Part shown: in pieces, positions 12,680-24,570 of the stretch
How positions within the stretch are numbered: the stretch's first letter is position 1
Layout of the letters: every line of letters begins with the position of its first letter
DNA from: Tubiluchus corallicola
Lineage: Eukaryota; Animalia; Priapulida
NCBI GenBank assembly: GCA_030141605.1
Contig: JAQGDQ010000569.1
Span: 62,001-126,000 of the forward strand
Reading direction: 5' to 3'
DNA length: 64,000 bases
Notes under the pieces: model-generated
What the model was told of the DNA's origin: nothing
The model's database searches: none
The model's input: only the letters and a program-made list of their open reading frames with translations
Program-made: the position numbers and the translations under genes

Positions 12680-13032
12680 GGGGGGTGAGCATTCTCTACC
12701 GGAAAGCGAATCCGAATCGAACCAAATTTCGGTGTTTCGAATTCGAATTGAGTTTGAGAGATTTGCGAACTAGCAAAAAGTGCTCATGCAAAGATCGTGC
12801 ATATTGTTTTATTTTGTTCTGCACGAAAACCGCTATTATAGTTTGTTAACAATTTTGCACAGAAGTCACAGCTAAATTGTGCTAATTGGGCATGCGCCGT
12901 TTCATACGTTTTAATGATAAAGAACATATGTGGCTGAAGTGCTGAATTGTTCGAATCTATAACTTTAGGCTCGAATCGAATTCGAATTAAAAAAAGATGT
13001 TCGAATCGAATTCGAACCTTCAATGCTCACCC
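12680..13032. mobile_element. TTCGAA-rich hAT-type MITE just downstream of the paralogue A stop codon (probable 3'UTR)
   Basis: GGGGTGAGCATT...AATGCTCACCC termini. Confidence 0.7.
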
Positions 13033-13089
13033 TTGAAGTGAATGTGCTATAGTTAACCATGCGCATTATAGTTGGTATCATGTAATCTA

Positions 13090-14391
13090 CAGAGAGTCGT
13101 CGACTTACGACCCCGACCACAACTTAATTAATTATACAAAACCTTATTGTTCTTCTTTTTAGTCAAAATTGTTTTAAATTCCTATCTGTGGCTCCCTCTA
13201 GGGCTGAGACGGTTAGGCTCTCCAACTAAGATGAATTTCATCCAGGTAATAAATATTCTGAAATGCTCCCCTTTCGTTCGATTAACGCTAAAACCACAAG
13301 AACTTCTATCCCATTTCAATGCGCACCATTATCGGTAAATTTCCTCAAATCTTCACTATTAATTCTGTACGTCACTGTACAAAATTGATTAAATTATTTG
13401 TATTAATCTCCTTGTTGTTATTGCAGTACGTAAAATCACGTAAATTTCATTGTATGTATTTTGCTATAATGACAATAAATTGCTTACTTAATTGAGGTCA
13501 CTTAAGTGTTTAACCGTTGCCATTTACGTCTTACGTGTAACAAAACATCGAATACACGTGACGAACTAATAGGAAGAAATTATCTATCTCTAATCCCATT
13601 ATATAATCATATGTATTCTTTTGAATGTTTGAACAAGTTTTTGTACAACCAAGTTCAATTTATAAACACCTGTGACGCAATTACCCCCTCCCGGTCATGC
13701 CATGTTTACTGACGCATCGTGGAATCACCACATGCGCAAAATTCCTATTGCAGATCAAATTTAGAGCTAGAATGTCCAACATGGCGGCATCCTCGTAGCG
13801 TACGCGACAGAAAAACTTCTTGCAATTTACCGTTTAGATGCTTCATGGACAAGTAGATTAGTTGAAACAATGTTGTTAATGGTACAATTTTGTGTAAGCG
13901 GGACATTGTTGCCTGCGTACTCCAACTCGGAAAAGATACTGGTTTCATTAATGCGGATACGTATAAAACTTGACTAACTAACGGTTAAACGGTTAAGGGA
14001 TTTTCTAATTGGTTACACCACGGTCGGTTAAACTATTAAACAGTTAACTGCCTCAGCCTTACCTTATGTCAGGTAAAGTTTAAGGGAGTAGAATATTACG
14101 TTACAGAATCTATAGAGTGGCGATGTATCTCATTCTGAGTGTCCGCCATACTTGATGCGCGTGCGCATACGACATCGTATGCGTAGTGATGCATCATTTG
14201 TCCGTACGGGTGGGTCCGACTTGTGTCCAAGTCGTCTTACAAGTTGGTGCATACTTGATGTGCGTACGCATACAACATCATATGCGTAATGGACGCCTCA
14301 TTTGTCCATACGGGTGGGTCCGACTTATGTCCAAGCCGTCTTACAAGCAATTCACCCTAGCTAACCGCGGTCGTAAGTCGACGGCTGACTG
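13090..14391. mobile_element. Tc1/pogo-like non-autonomous element
   Basis: TA|CAGAGAGTCGTCGACTTACGACC ... GGTCGTAAGTCGACGGCTGACTG|TA imperfect TIRs with TA flanks. Confidence 0.5.
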
Positions 14392-15074
14392 TATTGTGAC
14401 GAACGATCATTGGTATTCTGTACCCGTTGCAGTTGTGAAGCCATTTGTAATCATTCATGTTAAGAGTTCGCAGCTTCTTACAAAGCTGGAATGTTACAAT
14501 TCTGATTCGCCTGTATCGTGGCATTTATGCGGCATGTGGATGCGGATGCGTTTTCCACCTGCGGAAAAAGAATGACGCATACGCAGGCTGCAAAAGCGCG
14601 CACATCGAAAACAATTGTAAACCGACTTCATCTATTCCGCAACATCCCCGAAACCCGTCTGCATCCGAATGCTACGTAAACGCCGCTTAACTTGACGTTA
14701 TTTTAATCTTCTTAAAAAAATTTGTACAGAAAAGAGTGCGACTTTTTTGAAGTCATTTCTCCACGGTTTCCTTGCATGAATAAAAAAAATGTTGTTCAGT
14801 TTACGCTCGACTGCTTAGGTTGCCACATTCGCCGTGAGATCTGTAACAAAAATTGAGGTATTGCGTTCGAGATCGTTATTTGCAAAATTTTCTTGTTTTT
14901 TTTATGAAATCGTGTGTGCCGCCAGGCGTGGTGAAAACTTGTGTTTGTAAATAAATCATTCTGAGGTGATACTGATTCAAAAACTTATTTGCTTGTGTTT
15001 TTGCAATGTGTGATTGATAAGAAATCTATGCAAGCTGAGACTTGGTAATGCAAGTGTTGAACTGTGATTGGCAT

Positions 15075-17225
15075 GCATTAACATGACAAAGTAAACCTGA
15101 TTTATTGCCAACAATGGTTATTCATGATGCTAAAAATTCAATAGCTATACAATGCATTTGTATGCTAAGCGTAAGAGCTAATTTCAAGCATTAACATGAC
15201 AAAGTAAACGTGATTTATTGCCAACAACAGTTATTCATGATGCCAGGAATTCAATAGTTATACAATGCATTTGTATGCGAAGTGTAAGAGCTAATTTCAA
15301 GCATTAACATGACAAAGTAAACGTGATTTATTGCTAACAACAGTTATTCATAATGCAAAAAATTAAATAGTTGTACAATGCATTTGTATGCGAAGAGTAA
15401 GAGCTAATTTCAAGCATTAACATGACAAAGTAAACATGATTTATTGCCAACAACAGTTATTCATAATGCCAGGAATTCAATAGTTATACAATGCATTTGT
15501 ATGCCAAGAACAAGAGCTAATTTCAAGCATTAACATGACAAAGTAAACATGATTTATTGCCAACAGCAGTTATTCATAATGCAAAAAATTAAATAGTTGT
15601 ACAATGCATTTGTATGCGAAGAGTAAGAGCTAATTTCAAGCATTAACATGACAAAGTAAACATGATTTATTGCCAACAACAGTTATTCATAATGCCAGGA
15701 ATTCAATAGTTATACAATGCATTTGTATGCCAAGAACAAGAGCTAATTTCAAGCATTAACAGGACAAAGTAAACGTGATTTATTGCCAACAGCAGTTATT
15801 CATAATGCAAAAAATTAAATAGTTATACAATGCGTTTGTATGCGAAGAGTAAGAGCTAATTTCAAGCATTAACATGACAAAGTAAACGTGATTTATTGCC
15901 AACAACAGTTATTCATAATGCAAAAAATTAAATAGTTGTACAATGCATTTGTATGCGAAGAGTAAGAGCTAATTTCAAGGATTAACATGACAAAGTAAAC
16001 ATGATTTATTGCCAACAACAGTTATTCATGATGCCAGGAATTCAATAGTTATACAATGCATTTGTATGCGAAGAGTAAGAGCTAATTTCAAGGATTAACA
16101 TGACAAAGTAAACATGATTTATTGCCAACAACAGTTATTCATGATGCCAGGAATTCAATAGTTATACAAAGTGTTTGTATGCGAAGAGTAAGAGCTAATT
16201 TCAAGCATTAACAGGACAAAGTAAACGTGATTTATTGCCAACAGCAGTTATTCATAATGCAAAAAATTAAATAGTTATACAATGCGTTTGTATGCGAAGA
16301 GTAAGAGCTAATTTCAAGCATTAACATGACAAAGTAAACGTGATTTATTGCCAACAACAGTTATTCATAATGCCAGGAATTCAATAGTTATACAATGCAT
16401 TTGTATGCGAAGAGTAAGAGCTAATTTCAAGCATTAACATGACAAAGTAAACGTGATTTATTGCCAACAACAGTTATTCATGATGCCAGGAATTCAATAG
16501 TTGTACAATGCATTTGTATGCGAAGAGTAAGAGCTAATTTCAAGCATTAACATGACAAAGTAAACATGATTTATTGCCAACAACAGTTATTCATAATGCC
16601 AGGAATTCAATAGTTATACAATGCATTTGTATGCCAAGAACAAGAGCTAATTTCAAGCATTAACATGACAAAGTAAACGTGATTTATTGCCAACAACAGT
16701 TATTCATAATACAAAAAATTAAATAGTTGTACAATGCATTTGTATGCGAAGAGTAAGAGCTAATTTCAAGCATTAACATGACAAAGTAAACGTGATTTAT
16801 TGCCAACAACAGTTATTCATGATGCCAGGAATTCAATAGTTGTACAATGCATTTGTATGCGAAGAGTAACAGCTAATTTCAAGCATTAACATGACAAAGT
16901 AAACGTGATTTATTGCCAACAACAGTTATTCATGATGCCAGGAATTCAATAGTTGTACAATGCATTTGTATGCGAAGAGTAACAGCTAATTTCAAGCATT
17001 AACATGACAAAGTAAACATGATTTATTGCCAACCGCAGTTATTCATGATGCCAGGAATTCAATAGTTATACAAAGTGTTTGTATGCCAAGAACAAGAGCT
17101 AATTTCAAGCATTAACATGACAAAGTAAACGTGATTTATTGCCAACAGCAGTTATTCATGATGCCAGGAATTCAATAGTTATACAATGCATTTGTATGAC
17201 CAGAACAAGAACTAATTTCAAGCAT
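15075..17225. repeat. Tandem repeat, 113-bp unit, ~19 copies
   Basis: GCATTAACATGACAAAGTAAAC...GAGCTAATTTCAA recurs every 113 bp, with alternating subvariants (GCCAGGAATTC vs GCAAAAAATTA). Confidence 0.95.
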
Positions 17226-17874
17226 TATTTTTTCCATTTGCTCACCCAGTGCACGTCCCACACAAACTCAATTTTTCAAGATAAAGTAGAAGCACATCTG
17301 CTGACGTAAGATTTGAGAACTGTGATTAAAGGACAAGAAAAGGGGTATCTGATGTAAGTTTCAGAATAATTGCTATAAAAAATGTATTACTTTGCAGCAG
17401 TTTTATGCATATATACTCGTGTTAAAAGAAATTTTTATTTGTTTTCATTTTAAATCTCCCGCAATACTGTCCCGACTGCGCCATTACATGACGTCATATA
17501 TGCACCATGTAAATCAGGGGAAGAAAAGGAAAAGGAAGTGGTAAATTGTATGCCAAAGAACTTTCCATGCAAATCTATGTTACATAGCATTTTGCTTACC
17601 TGCTGGAAAGACTTATGCAACTAGAAATAATGAAGTTAAAATGTTTGTGCCAATTGGTAAAATGTCCTTGACTCGCATCTAGCATGCGCCGCTCACAAAC
17701 CAAAAACGTATTTTTAATTTTATTGACTAGATACAGTAATTTTTAATTTTACTTAGTAACATGTGTTCTACGAATGCTCTGATTGTTTTTTCAAACTTCA
17801 CGCAATGTTATCTAAACTTGTTTCAAGCGACCTACCATTAAAATGGCTGTGCCTAATGGTCATCGCAGGAATAC

Positions 17875-18612
17875 ACATCGTTACTGTGACGCTGAATTTG
17901 TAAACAATGTCTCAGGCTAAACAAATGTGCTAGCAACGGTTTCCTTGGACACGCATCGTTATTGTGACGCTGAATTTGTAAACAATGTCTCAGGTTAAAC
18001 AAATGTGCTGGCAACGGCTTCCTTGGATACACATCGTTATTGTGACGTTGAATTTGTAAACGATGTCTCGGGCTACACAAGTGTGCTAGCAACAGTTTCC
18101 TTGGTTACGCATCGTTACTGCGACGCTGAATTTGTAAACAATGTCTCAGGCTACACAAGTGTGCTAGCAACAGTTTCCTTGGTTACGCATTGTTACTGTG
18201 ACCCTGAATTTGTAAACAATGTCTCAGGTTAAACAAATGTGCTGGCAACGGTTTCCTTGGATACGCATTGTTACTGTGACCCTGAATTTGTAAACAATGT
18301 CTCAGGCTAAACAAATGTGGTGGCAACGGTTTCCTTGGATACGCATCGTTACTGTGACGCTGAATTTGTAAACAATGTCTCAGGCTAAACAAATGTGCTG
18401 GCAACGGTTTCCTTGGATACGCATCGTTACTGTGACGCTGAATTTGTAAACAATGTCTCAGGTTAAGCAAATGTGCTGGCAACAGTTTCCTTGGATACGC
18501 ATCGTTACTGTGACGCTGAATTTGTAAACAATGTCTCAGGTTAAACAAATGTTCTAGCAACAGTTTCCTTGGATACGTATCGTTACGGTGACGCTGAATT
18601 TGTAAAGAATGC
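17875..18612. repeat. Tandem repeat, 78-bp unit, ~9.5 copies
   Basis: CATCGTTACTGTGACGCTGAATTTGTAAACAATGTCTCAGG...TTCCTTGGATACG; gives spurious 26-aa repeat ORFs. Confidence 0.93.
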
Positions 18613-20537
18613 TACACAGCGAAATGTGATACGTGACAAGAAAACCTTGCAAAAACGCACCTGTCAGACTAAGATACAGCTTTGATAGCTAAGATAAATA
18701 AAGATGTTCAACAATTTGAAACAAATCTATCTTTAGGAGTAGAAGAACTTAAAGCTGTTAGCTGCAGACAGGAGTGGGTGGAATACTCTAAGGTTGATAC
18801 TCTAAAGTTGATGCCTCTGTGTCTACAAGAAACAGAATGACACGTTGAAGAAGAAGAAGAACCCTAACGCTTGCGTAACTAAGGCGTGTATTTCACTAGC
18901 GTCATCTAACGAGCAAACCATGTGAAATGAAAGTCTAGACTTTTAAAATGATGCGTTCACATCCCATTTCCGCTTATATAGACCCCATGCATAAATTAAA
19001 AGCATCAGAAAAGTTTATAGAGCATTTTTCTGTTTTTGTGTAAAATTGTAGCATCACAAAGTATACTGTATTTGATCCTTTTTTTTTAAAAACACTTCGT
19101 TCCAGTAAGCTGAGTTGGACTTTGACAAACTTTTGTGAAATCGAAACTGAAATTTGGAGCCCCGCCAAAACCAAACCATCTGACCTTGATGTGCTTAAGC
19201 TGGTTTGATAAAGGTTGCACTTTGTATGCAAATAACTGCCTTTGTACTTTTGTGTAGACTTTTCCCTAGTAACGAATTTACTAAGCAACATACAACAGCG
19301 ATAATTCTCTTGTTTATCTTTCAACCCCACAGTGTTTTGAGAGTCAAGTTAGTATATTTGTAATGATGCTGTACATAACGTTGTTTAAACACCAGTATTA
19401 AAGGAAGTAGCGATATCACTATCTTTGTTTACCATAGGTTGACCTACGTCTAAAGACAGTTTAAATCATTTTTTCCCAAATTTGCTTCCTATTATGTATC
19501 TTACTGTTTGTTATTCATTGAATTACTTTTTGTTTCTTTTAATGTATTAATTGTGTATTTGTGTTGATGTGAAATAAATAAACAAAATGTGTAAACAAAA
19601 AGTAACTATCAGCATTTCTTTAAGCGAAATCAAAAGTGCTTCTTGCCAGTTATTTGTGCGTGTATGAAATAACATGCATCTTGAATACAAATTGCATGGG
19701 TAAACAACATACTTGGAATGTTAATTCAGAACTATTCTAAGCATTATGCATGTACAATAATATCATTGGACATAATCAGCAACAAATCTCGTACAATTAG
19801 GGGTGAACATCGAACGTTCGAATTCGATTCGAACCTAAAACGATGGATTCGAATAATTCAGCGCTTCAAACACATACATTCTTTATCATTAAAGCGATTG
19901 AAACATCATGCAGTTAGCACAATTTGGATTTTTATGCATATTTTTAAATATTTTATTAGTGGTTTTACTGCAGAACAAAATCGTGTAATATACATGATCT
20001 TTGTAACACTAATTTTTACTGGTGGCTCGAAAATCTTTCAATCTCGATTCGAATTCAAAACCACAAATTCGATTCGAATTCGCTTTCTGATAGAGAGAAT
20101 GCTCTCCCCCATTCACAACACCAACATACAGACACTTTAATATTATTAAGATTATCACAGTTTTATCAATAGTTTTGCTAACCATATCTTGGCAAATGTG
20201 CTTTATATATAATTATGATTATTAGAAAAATACTCAAAAATATTAAAACTTGTTACAAAATTTAAAAAAATGTGTAGTTATTCTCAGTTACTTAACAATT
20301 AAACAGTAATCATGCATATCATTAACAGTCACTCTTAGTCTAATTTACAATACTAGACACTTTATACAGCATTGGCAGCTGTTGTAATATCATTTCAGCT
20401 TTTGCAATTATCACATGAATAAACATTGTTTATCATGTTATTAAAGAATTTTAATTAGTATCTTACAAGCAGTCACTTACGTACTTTTGGCAGACACAGA
20501 TTAAGTAAAAGAGAATAAGTAACCACTAACAATTATC

Positions 20538-20908
20538 ACAAGTCTTTTCACAGTTTCATCGTGCGCATGCACAGTTGCTGTAGGTCAAAGGTTAAGTGGA
20601 CCAGGGCAATGCTTCTTAACTACAACCGTCACGTGAGGTGAGTAAAGCAAAGCCGAGTGCTACATCCATTCAGGAACTTCAGCTGCTTCACTTGGTCTTT
20701 AGTTAATTAAGCATTACTAGCAGGATCTTGCCTGGGAACACGAAAAAATGAACCAGGCAAAGTTCTAGCTACCTGTTAAGACTGTTACTATTACAACAGC
20801 ATGGGCTGTGAGGCGTTGCCAAGTGTACACAAATGCGTTTTTTGATACACTTGACCTTTGACCTTTCATGATCATCTTCAATTGTTGAAACTGTGAAAGG
20901 GTTTATTA
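20538..20908. mobile_element. MITE downstream of ANK-cGLR copy 1 (internally deleted copy ~28335-28548; inverted copy ~53738-54110)
   Basis: TIRs AAG(T/C)CTTTTCACAGTTTC ... GAAACTGTGAAAGGGTTTATT; the internal sequence matches 53738-54110 in reverse. Confidence 0.7.
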
Positions 20909-20984
20909 CACCAACATTTCTTGCAGAACCTTCGAGTCTGTTCCAAGTCACCTCTATAATTCGGAAGCATCCAGTGTTTTTTCA

Positions 20985-23900
20985 TTAACTGTTTTCAAAC
21001 CTGTCTTCAAGTTCATTCCATGCTTTTTCGAACTCGCACATACCAAGTGCTTTCTGGAGTCCGGTCAGCTTTTGGCTTTGCCCTTTTTGCTGCCTGGTTT
21101 GTCTGATTTGCATGTACAAATCTTGCACTTGCTCCTTAGTAAGATTAACCACACCGTCTGCAGTTGGCACAGTGTTATTCTTTACACGGGCACATATTCC
21201 ACTTGCAATCAAATGTGTGACGTGCAGTAAGGGTGCATCCTCTATCCTTTTTCCAATGTATTCCTCCAAAATATTCACGTCACCTAGCACAAAGTGTGGC
21301 ATTGACTTGTTTTGACAACATTTTGCAATATATTCTAATATACCACATACGCGTTGATCAATGTCGTCATCGCTCCACATTCCGTCTTCTTGAAATTCGC
21401 TCACTTCATGTAGAAACGCCGTCTTAATCATATAAGAATTCACAACTTTGTTTGGCCTAAATTTGATAACGTGAAATAAACTTTTGATGTCGTTCTCAGT
21501 ATCTGGATCTGTTGTGCTGACTTTTTTGTAAAGTGCCTCATTCATTAGTGCCTTAGTCAAACGGAGAGCTCGTTTTCTCGACTCCGGCAAACCTTGTACT
21601 ATTTCACTTTCCATCAAACCAGTTGATAAAGTCCATAAGTGATCATTACAGATGTAACTCAGAGGTTTGCATACAGCATGATATGTTACTTGTGAACAAT
21701 CGCATACCTGCATAGGCAGTCCCATTATGTCTGTTTGTGATTTGCATATTTCCACTGCTGGAGAAATGTCGATGGCAATGGGAAGCGCTTCGTAGAAGTA
21801 CCCCTTCGTATAAGTCAAATGGAAAGTGAGACACACCTTATTATATTCGATTTTCACCAGGGAAAATGGCAAGTCAGTCTCAGTGTCTTCAAGCAGAAAT
21901 TCCACAGCTCGACATGCGACTTGTTGGAACTTGTCCTTTAATGAAATCGGCAAATATGCAGCGTTTCTGGAGGTTCTTACAAGACCCGGCAAATGAGTTC
22001 TTTCCACGGTCACTGTATCGCTGAACCGTTTCAAGACCGTGAAAAAGTCATATTCGTCCGGCAAGCCCACTTTCGTGTCACACGGACTACTTCCCACGAG
22101 AACTGGATATGACTCAAAATCCCCTTTCAGTTCTCCAATTTTTTGGCAGATGCTTTTCACTAGAGATCTCACCTCCCATGTAACAATTTCGTTCTCTCGG
22201 GTTTCGGGCAGGTTGCCTATGCTCACAATTTCTAATATGTCTGCGGTGTTTCTGCAGGCGGCAATGCCCGTCCTCATGGCTGAACTAAATTGCTTATATT
22301 CACGAGTTTCACCTGTTTTAGTCACGGTGTACTTGGGACTGAACAGAAAACCGACCGTCTCTTTGTATTCATCGTTAATAGTCCTTTCATTTACTAACCT
22401 GACGTACAAATCTATGGCAGTGTCACCCTTGTTGTTTTTTATTTCCAAATTGAGGCCATGATTCATTAGACTTTGCACCACACCACTCCTGAGCCCAGTA
22501 TTCACTTGTGCTGCTACATGCAGAGCTGTATTACCTTCATTGTTACATATGTTTGAATCAGCACCATTGCTTAGTAAAACGTTGACAAATTCAATATTTT
22601 TGTTCTTTATAGCATAGTGCAATGCTGTTTCACCAAGATTATCTCTTTGGTTGATACTGAAGGTACTGCCTCGTGTATCTGGAAGGTCGTTTAAGCCTTT
22701 CAGGTGCTGTAAAAACATCTCTGCTGTGCTTCTGTGATTTTTTCGAACAGCAGTCATGAATGCAGTTTCCCCGTCTCTGTCAGCAGCATTGTAATCGGCA
22801 CCATTATCAAGTAGCAGCTGAACAATCTTTTCATTACTATTAGCAGCTGCAGCTATAAGAGCAGTTACGTGAAACTTATCATGGGCATTGCAGTCAGCAT
22901 TCTTTGATAGCAACAGTTCAACAATTTCTATGTAATTGTTTTTAGACGCAACCATGAGAGGCGTCTGCCCATTCTCATTGCCATGGTTACAGTTGTGGTA
23001 GTTTGTGTCGACATTTGAAAACAGTATCTGCATTGCTCCCAGATAACCCTCAGCGGCTGCATAGAAAACTGCGGCATTCCAGTCAGCATCTTTGGAAAGT
23101 AGTATGTCGATTATCGCCTGGTATCCATTGTGAGCTGCAGCTAACAGTGCAGTCCAACCATCGTTACTGCGAATATTGCAGTCAGCATCATATTTGAGTA
23201 ATTCTTTTAGTATTCCTACATTACCATTTCTCGCTGCAAACATGAGTGCTGTCCAGCCGTGACAGGTTACAGCATTAGAATCAGCTCCACTGGAAAGTAA
23301 GATTTCCACTGTTCCCTGGTGACTATTTTTAGCTGCAAACGTAAGAGCAGTATCTCCGTCTGCTTCGCAAATATCATGCCGGGCGCCAGAAGATAGCAGC
23401 TTCTTAAGTGTTTTCTCATTTCCATTTTCCGCTGCATAAATCAGAGCGGTAGCGCCATTTTTGTTGATTGCGTTGATTTGAGCGCCATTAGATAACAGCA
23501 TCTGTGTTACTTCCTGATGCGAATTCTTGATTGCAAACATGAGCGCTGTCCATCCATCAGTACAAGCAGCATTAATGTCAGCTCCTGCAGATATCAGTTT
23601 CTGTACAACTTCTGAATGTCCATTTTTAGACGCATACATGAGGGAGGTTCTGCCATTCTTTTTCTGAGCATTGCAGCTAGCGCCATTAGCGAGCAGTAAA
23701 CGAACTACTTCTACGTGTCCCTTGGTTGCAGCGTACATGAGAACAACCTTTCCATCTTTATTTGCAGCACCGCAATTTGCGCCGCTTGTGAGTAATGACT
23801 GCACTACTTGCGCATGTCCACTGCCAGCCGCATACATTAGTGCTGTTTCCTTATTGTTATCCATGGCAGTGTAATCAGCACCACTAGAGAGCAGAATCTG

Positions 23901-24164
23901 TACAATTCTGCCATGTCCTCCTTTTGCCGCAAACATTAGAACAGATTTTCCATCTTTATTAGTTGTGTTGCAGTCGGCGCCCTCTCTTAGTAGCAACTCC
24001 ACGACACCAATATGACCCGTGCCAGCTGCATCCATAAGAGCACTCTGTCCTTCTGTGTTGCGGGCATCGCAATCCGCCCCTTTACTCAATCGCAATCTCT
24101 TTACTGTGCCAATGTGCCCTGTCCTTGCTGCGTACATAAGATCTGTATCGTTAGACGAAGCCAT
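20985..24164 (-). CDS. Ankyrin-repeat / cGAS-like (Mab-21 family) nucleotidyltransferase fusion, copy 1 (1059 aa, uninterrupted ORF)
   Basis: About 17-18 33-aa ankyrin repeats (GxTALMxAA...LL.xGAD.N) in aa 1-590. Then LVGSSPCDTKVGLPDEYDF (hGS..[DE]h[DE]h), third Asp in IAIDISPAV, WTLSTGLMESEI, and SYMIKTAFLH...W...PHFVLGDVNIL, matching the cGAS/Mab-21 C-lobe motifs. Confidence 0.92.
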   Translation of the reverse strand: MASSNDTDLMYAARTGHIGTVKRLRLSKGADCDARNTEGQSALMDAAGTGHIGVVELLLREGADCNTTNKDGKSVLMFAAKGGHGRIVQILLSSGADYTAMDNNKETALMYAAGSGHAQVVQSLLTSGANCGAANKDGKVVLMYAATKGHVEVVRLLLANGASCNAQKKNGRTSLMYASKNGHSEVVQKLISAGADINAACTDGWTALMFAIKNSHQEVTQMLLSNGAQINAINKNGATALIYAAENGNEKTLKKLLSSGARHDICEADGDTALTFAAKNSHQGTVEILLSSGADSNAVTCHGWTALMFAARNGNVGILKELLKYDADCNIRSNDGWTALLAAAHNGYQAIIDILLSKDADWNAAVFYAAAEGYLGAMQILFSNVDTNYHNCNHGNENGQTPLMVASKNNYIEIVELLLSKNADCNAHDKFHVTALIAAAANSNEKIVQLLLDNGADYNAADRDGETAFMTAVRKNHRSTAEMFLQHLKGLNDLPDTRGSTFSINQRDNLGETALHYAIKNKNIEFVNVLLSNGADSNICNNEGNTALHVAAQVNTGLRSGVVQSLMNHGLNLEIKNNKGDTAIDLYVRLVNERTINDEYKETVGFLFSPKYTVTKTGETREYKQFSSAMRTGIAACRNTADILEIVSIGNLPETRENEIVTWEVRSLVKSICQKIGELKGDFESYPVLVGSSPCDTKVGLPDEYDFFTVLKRFSDTVTVERTHLPGLVRTSRNAAYLPISLKDKFQQVACRAVEFLLEDTETDLPFSLVKIEYNKVCLTFHLTYTKGYFYEALPIAIDISPAVEICKSQTDIMGLPMQVCDCSQVTYHAVCKPLSYICNDHLWTLSTGLMESEIVQGLPESRKRALRLTKALMNEALYKKVSTTDPDTENDIKSLFHVIKFRPNKVVNSYMIKTAFLHEVSEFQEDGMWSDDDIDQRVCGILEYIAKCCQNKSMPHFVLGDVNILEEYIGKRIEDAPLLHVTHLIASGICARVKNNTVPTADGVVNLTKEQVQDLYMQIRQTRQQKGQSQKLTGLQKALGMCEFEKAWNELEDRFENS

Positions 24165-24570
24165 TATAGCTATTTTACATTAGTAAAGGCTTATGCATCT
24201 GGTAGTAGATGTGTCACCAAGATGTAAACTTTTTCTTCTGCAATATATATTGGATTTCTTTATGTCAAGAATAAATAATGTAAATCACGTGATTTATTAT
24301 CCCTAATCAGGGCCCGTAGCCTAATGAACTTATGGGGCCTCCTCATATGGAGTTACCCTCTAACTTGCCTGCACCCGTCTTGAATATTTTTTGCTCTTGA
24401 TATATTTTTGCAACATTTACGTAACACGGTAGCTTGAAGTACACATAATTTCAATTTCAATTTAATTAATAAACTAGAAATACTACACTCTTTTTTCCAA
24501 AAATTATACTTGAAATCTTTAAGCAAGGCCCATCAATAATGCCCCTCCCTCAAACTTGAGGGCCCTAGGC

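Noticed and set aside
17853-18560. ORFs with 26-aa His/Cys-containing repeats (zinc-finger-like)
   Set aside because: Translation artefacts of the 78-bp minisatellite; no C2H2 spacing.
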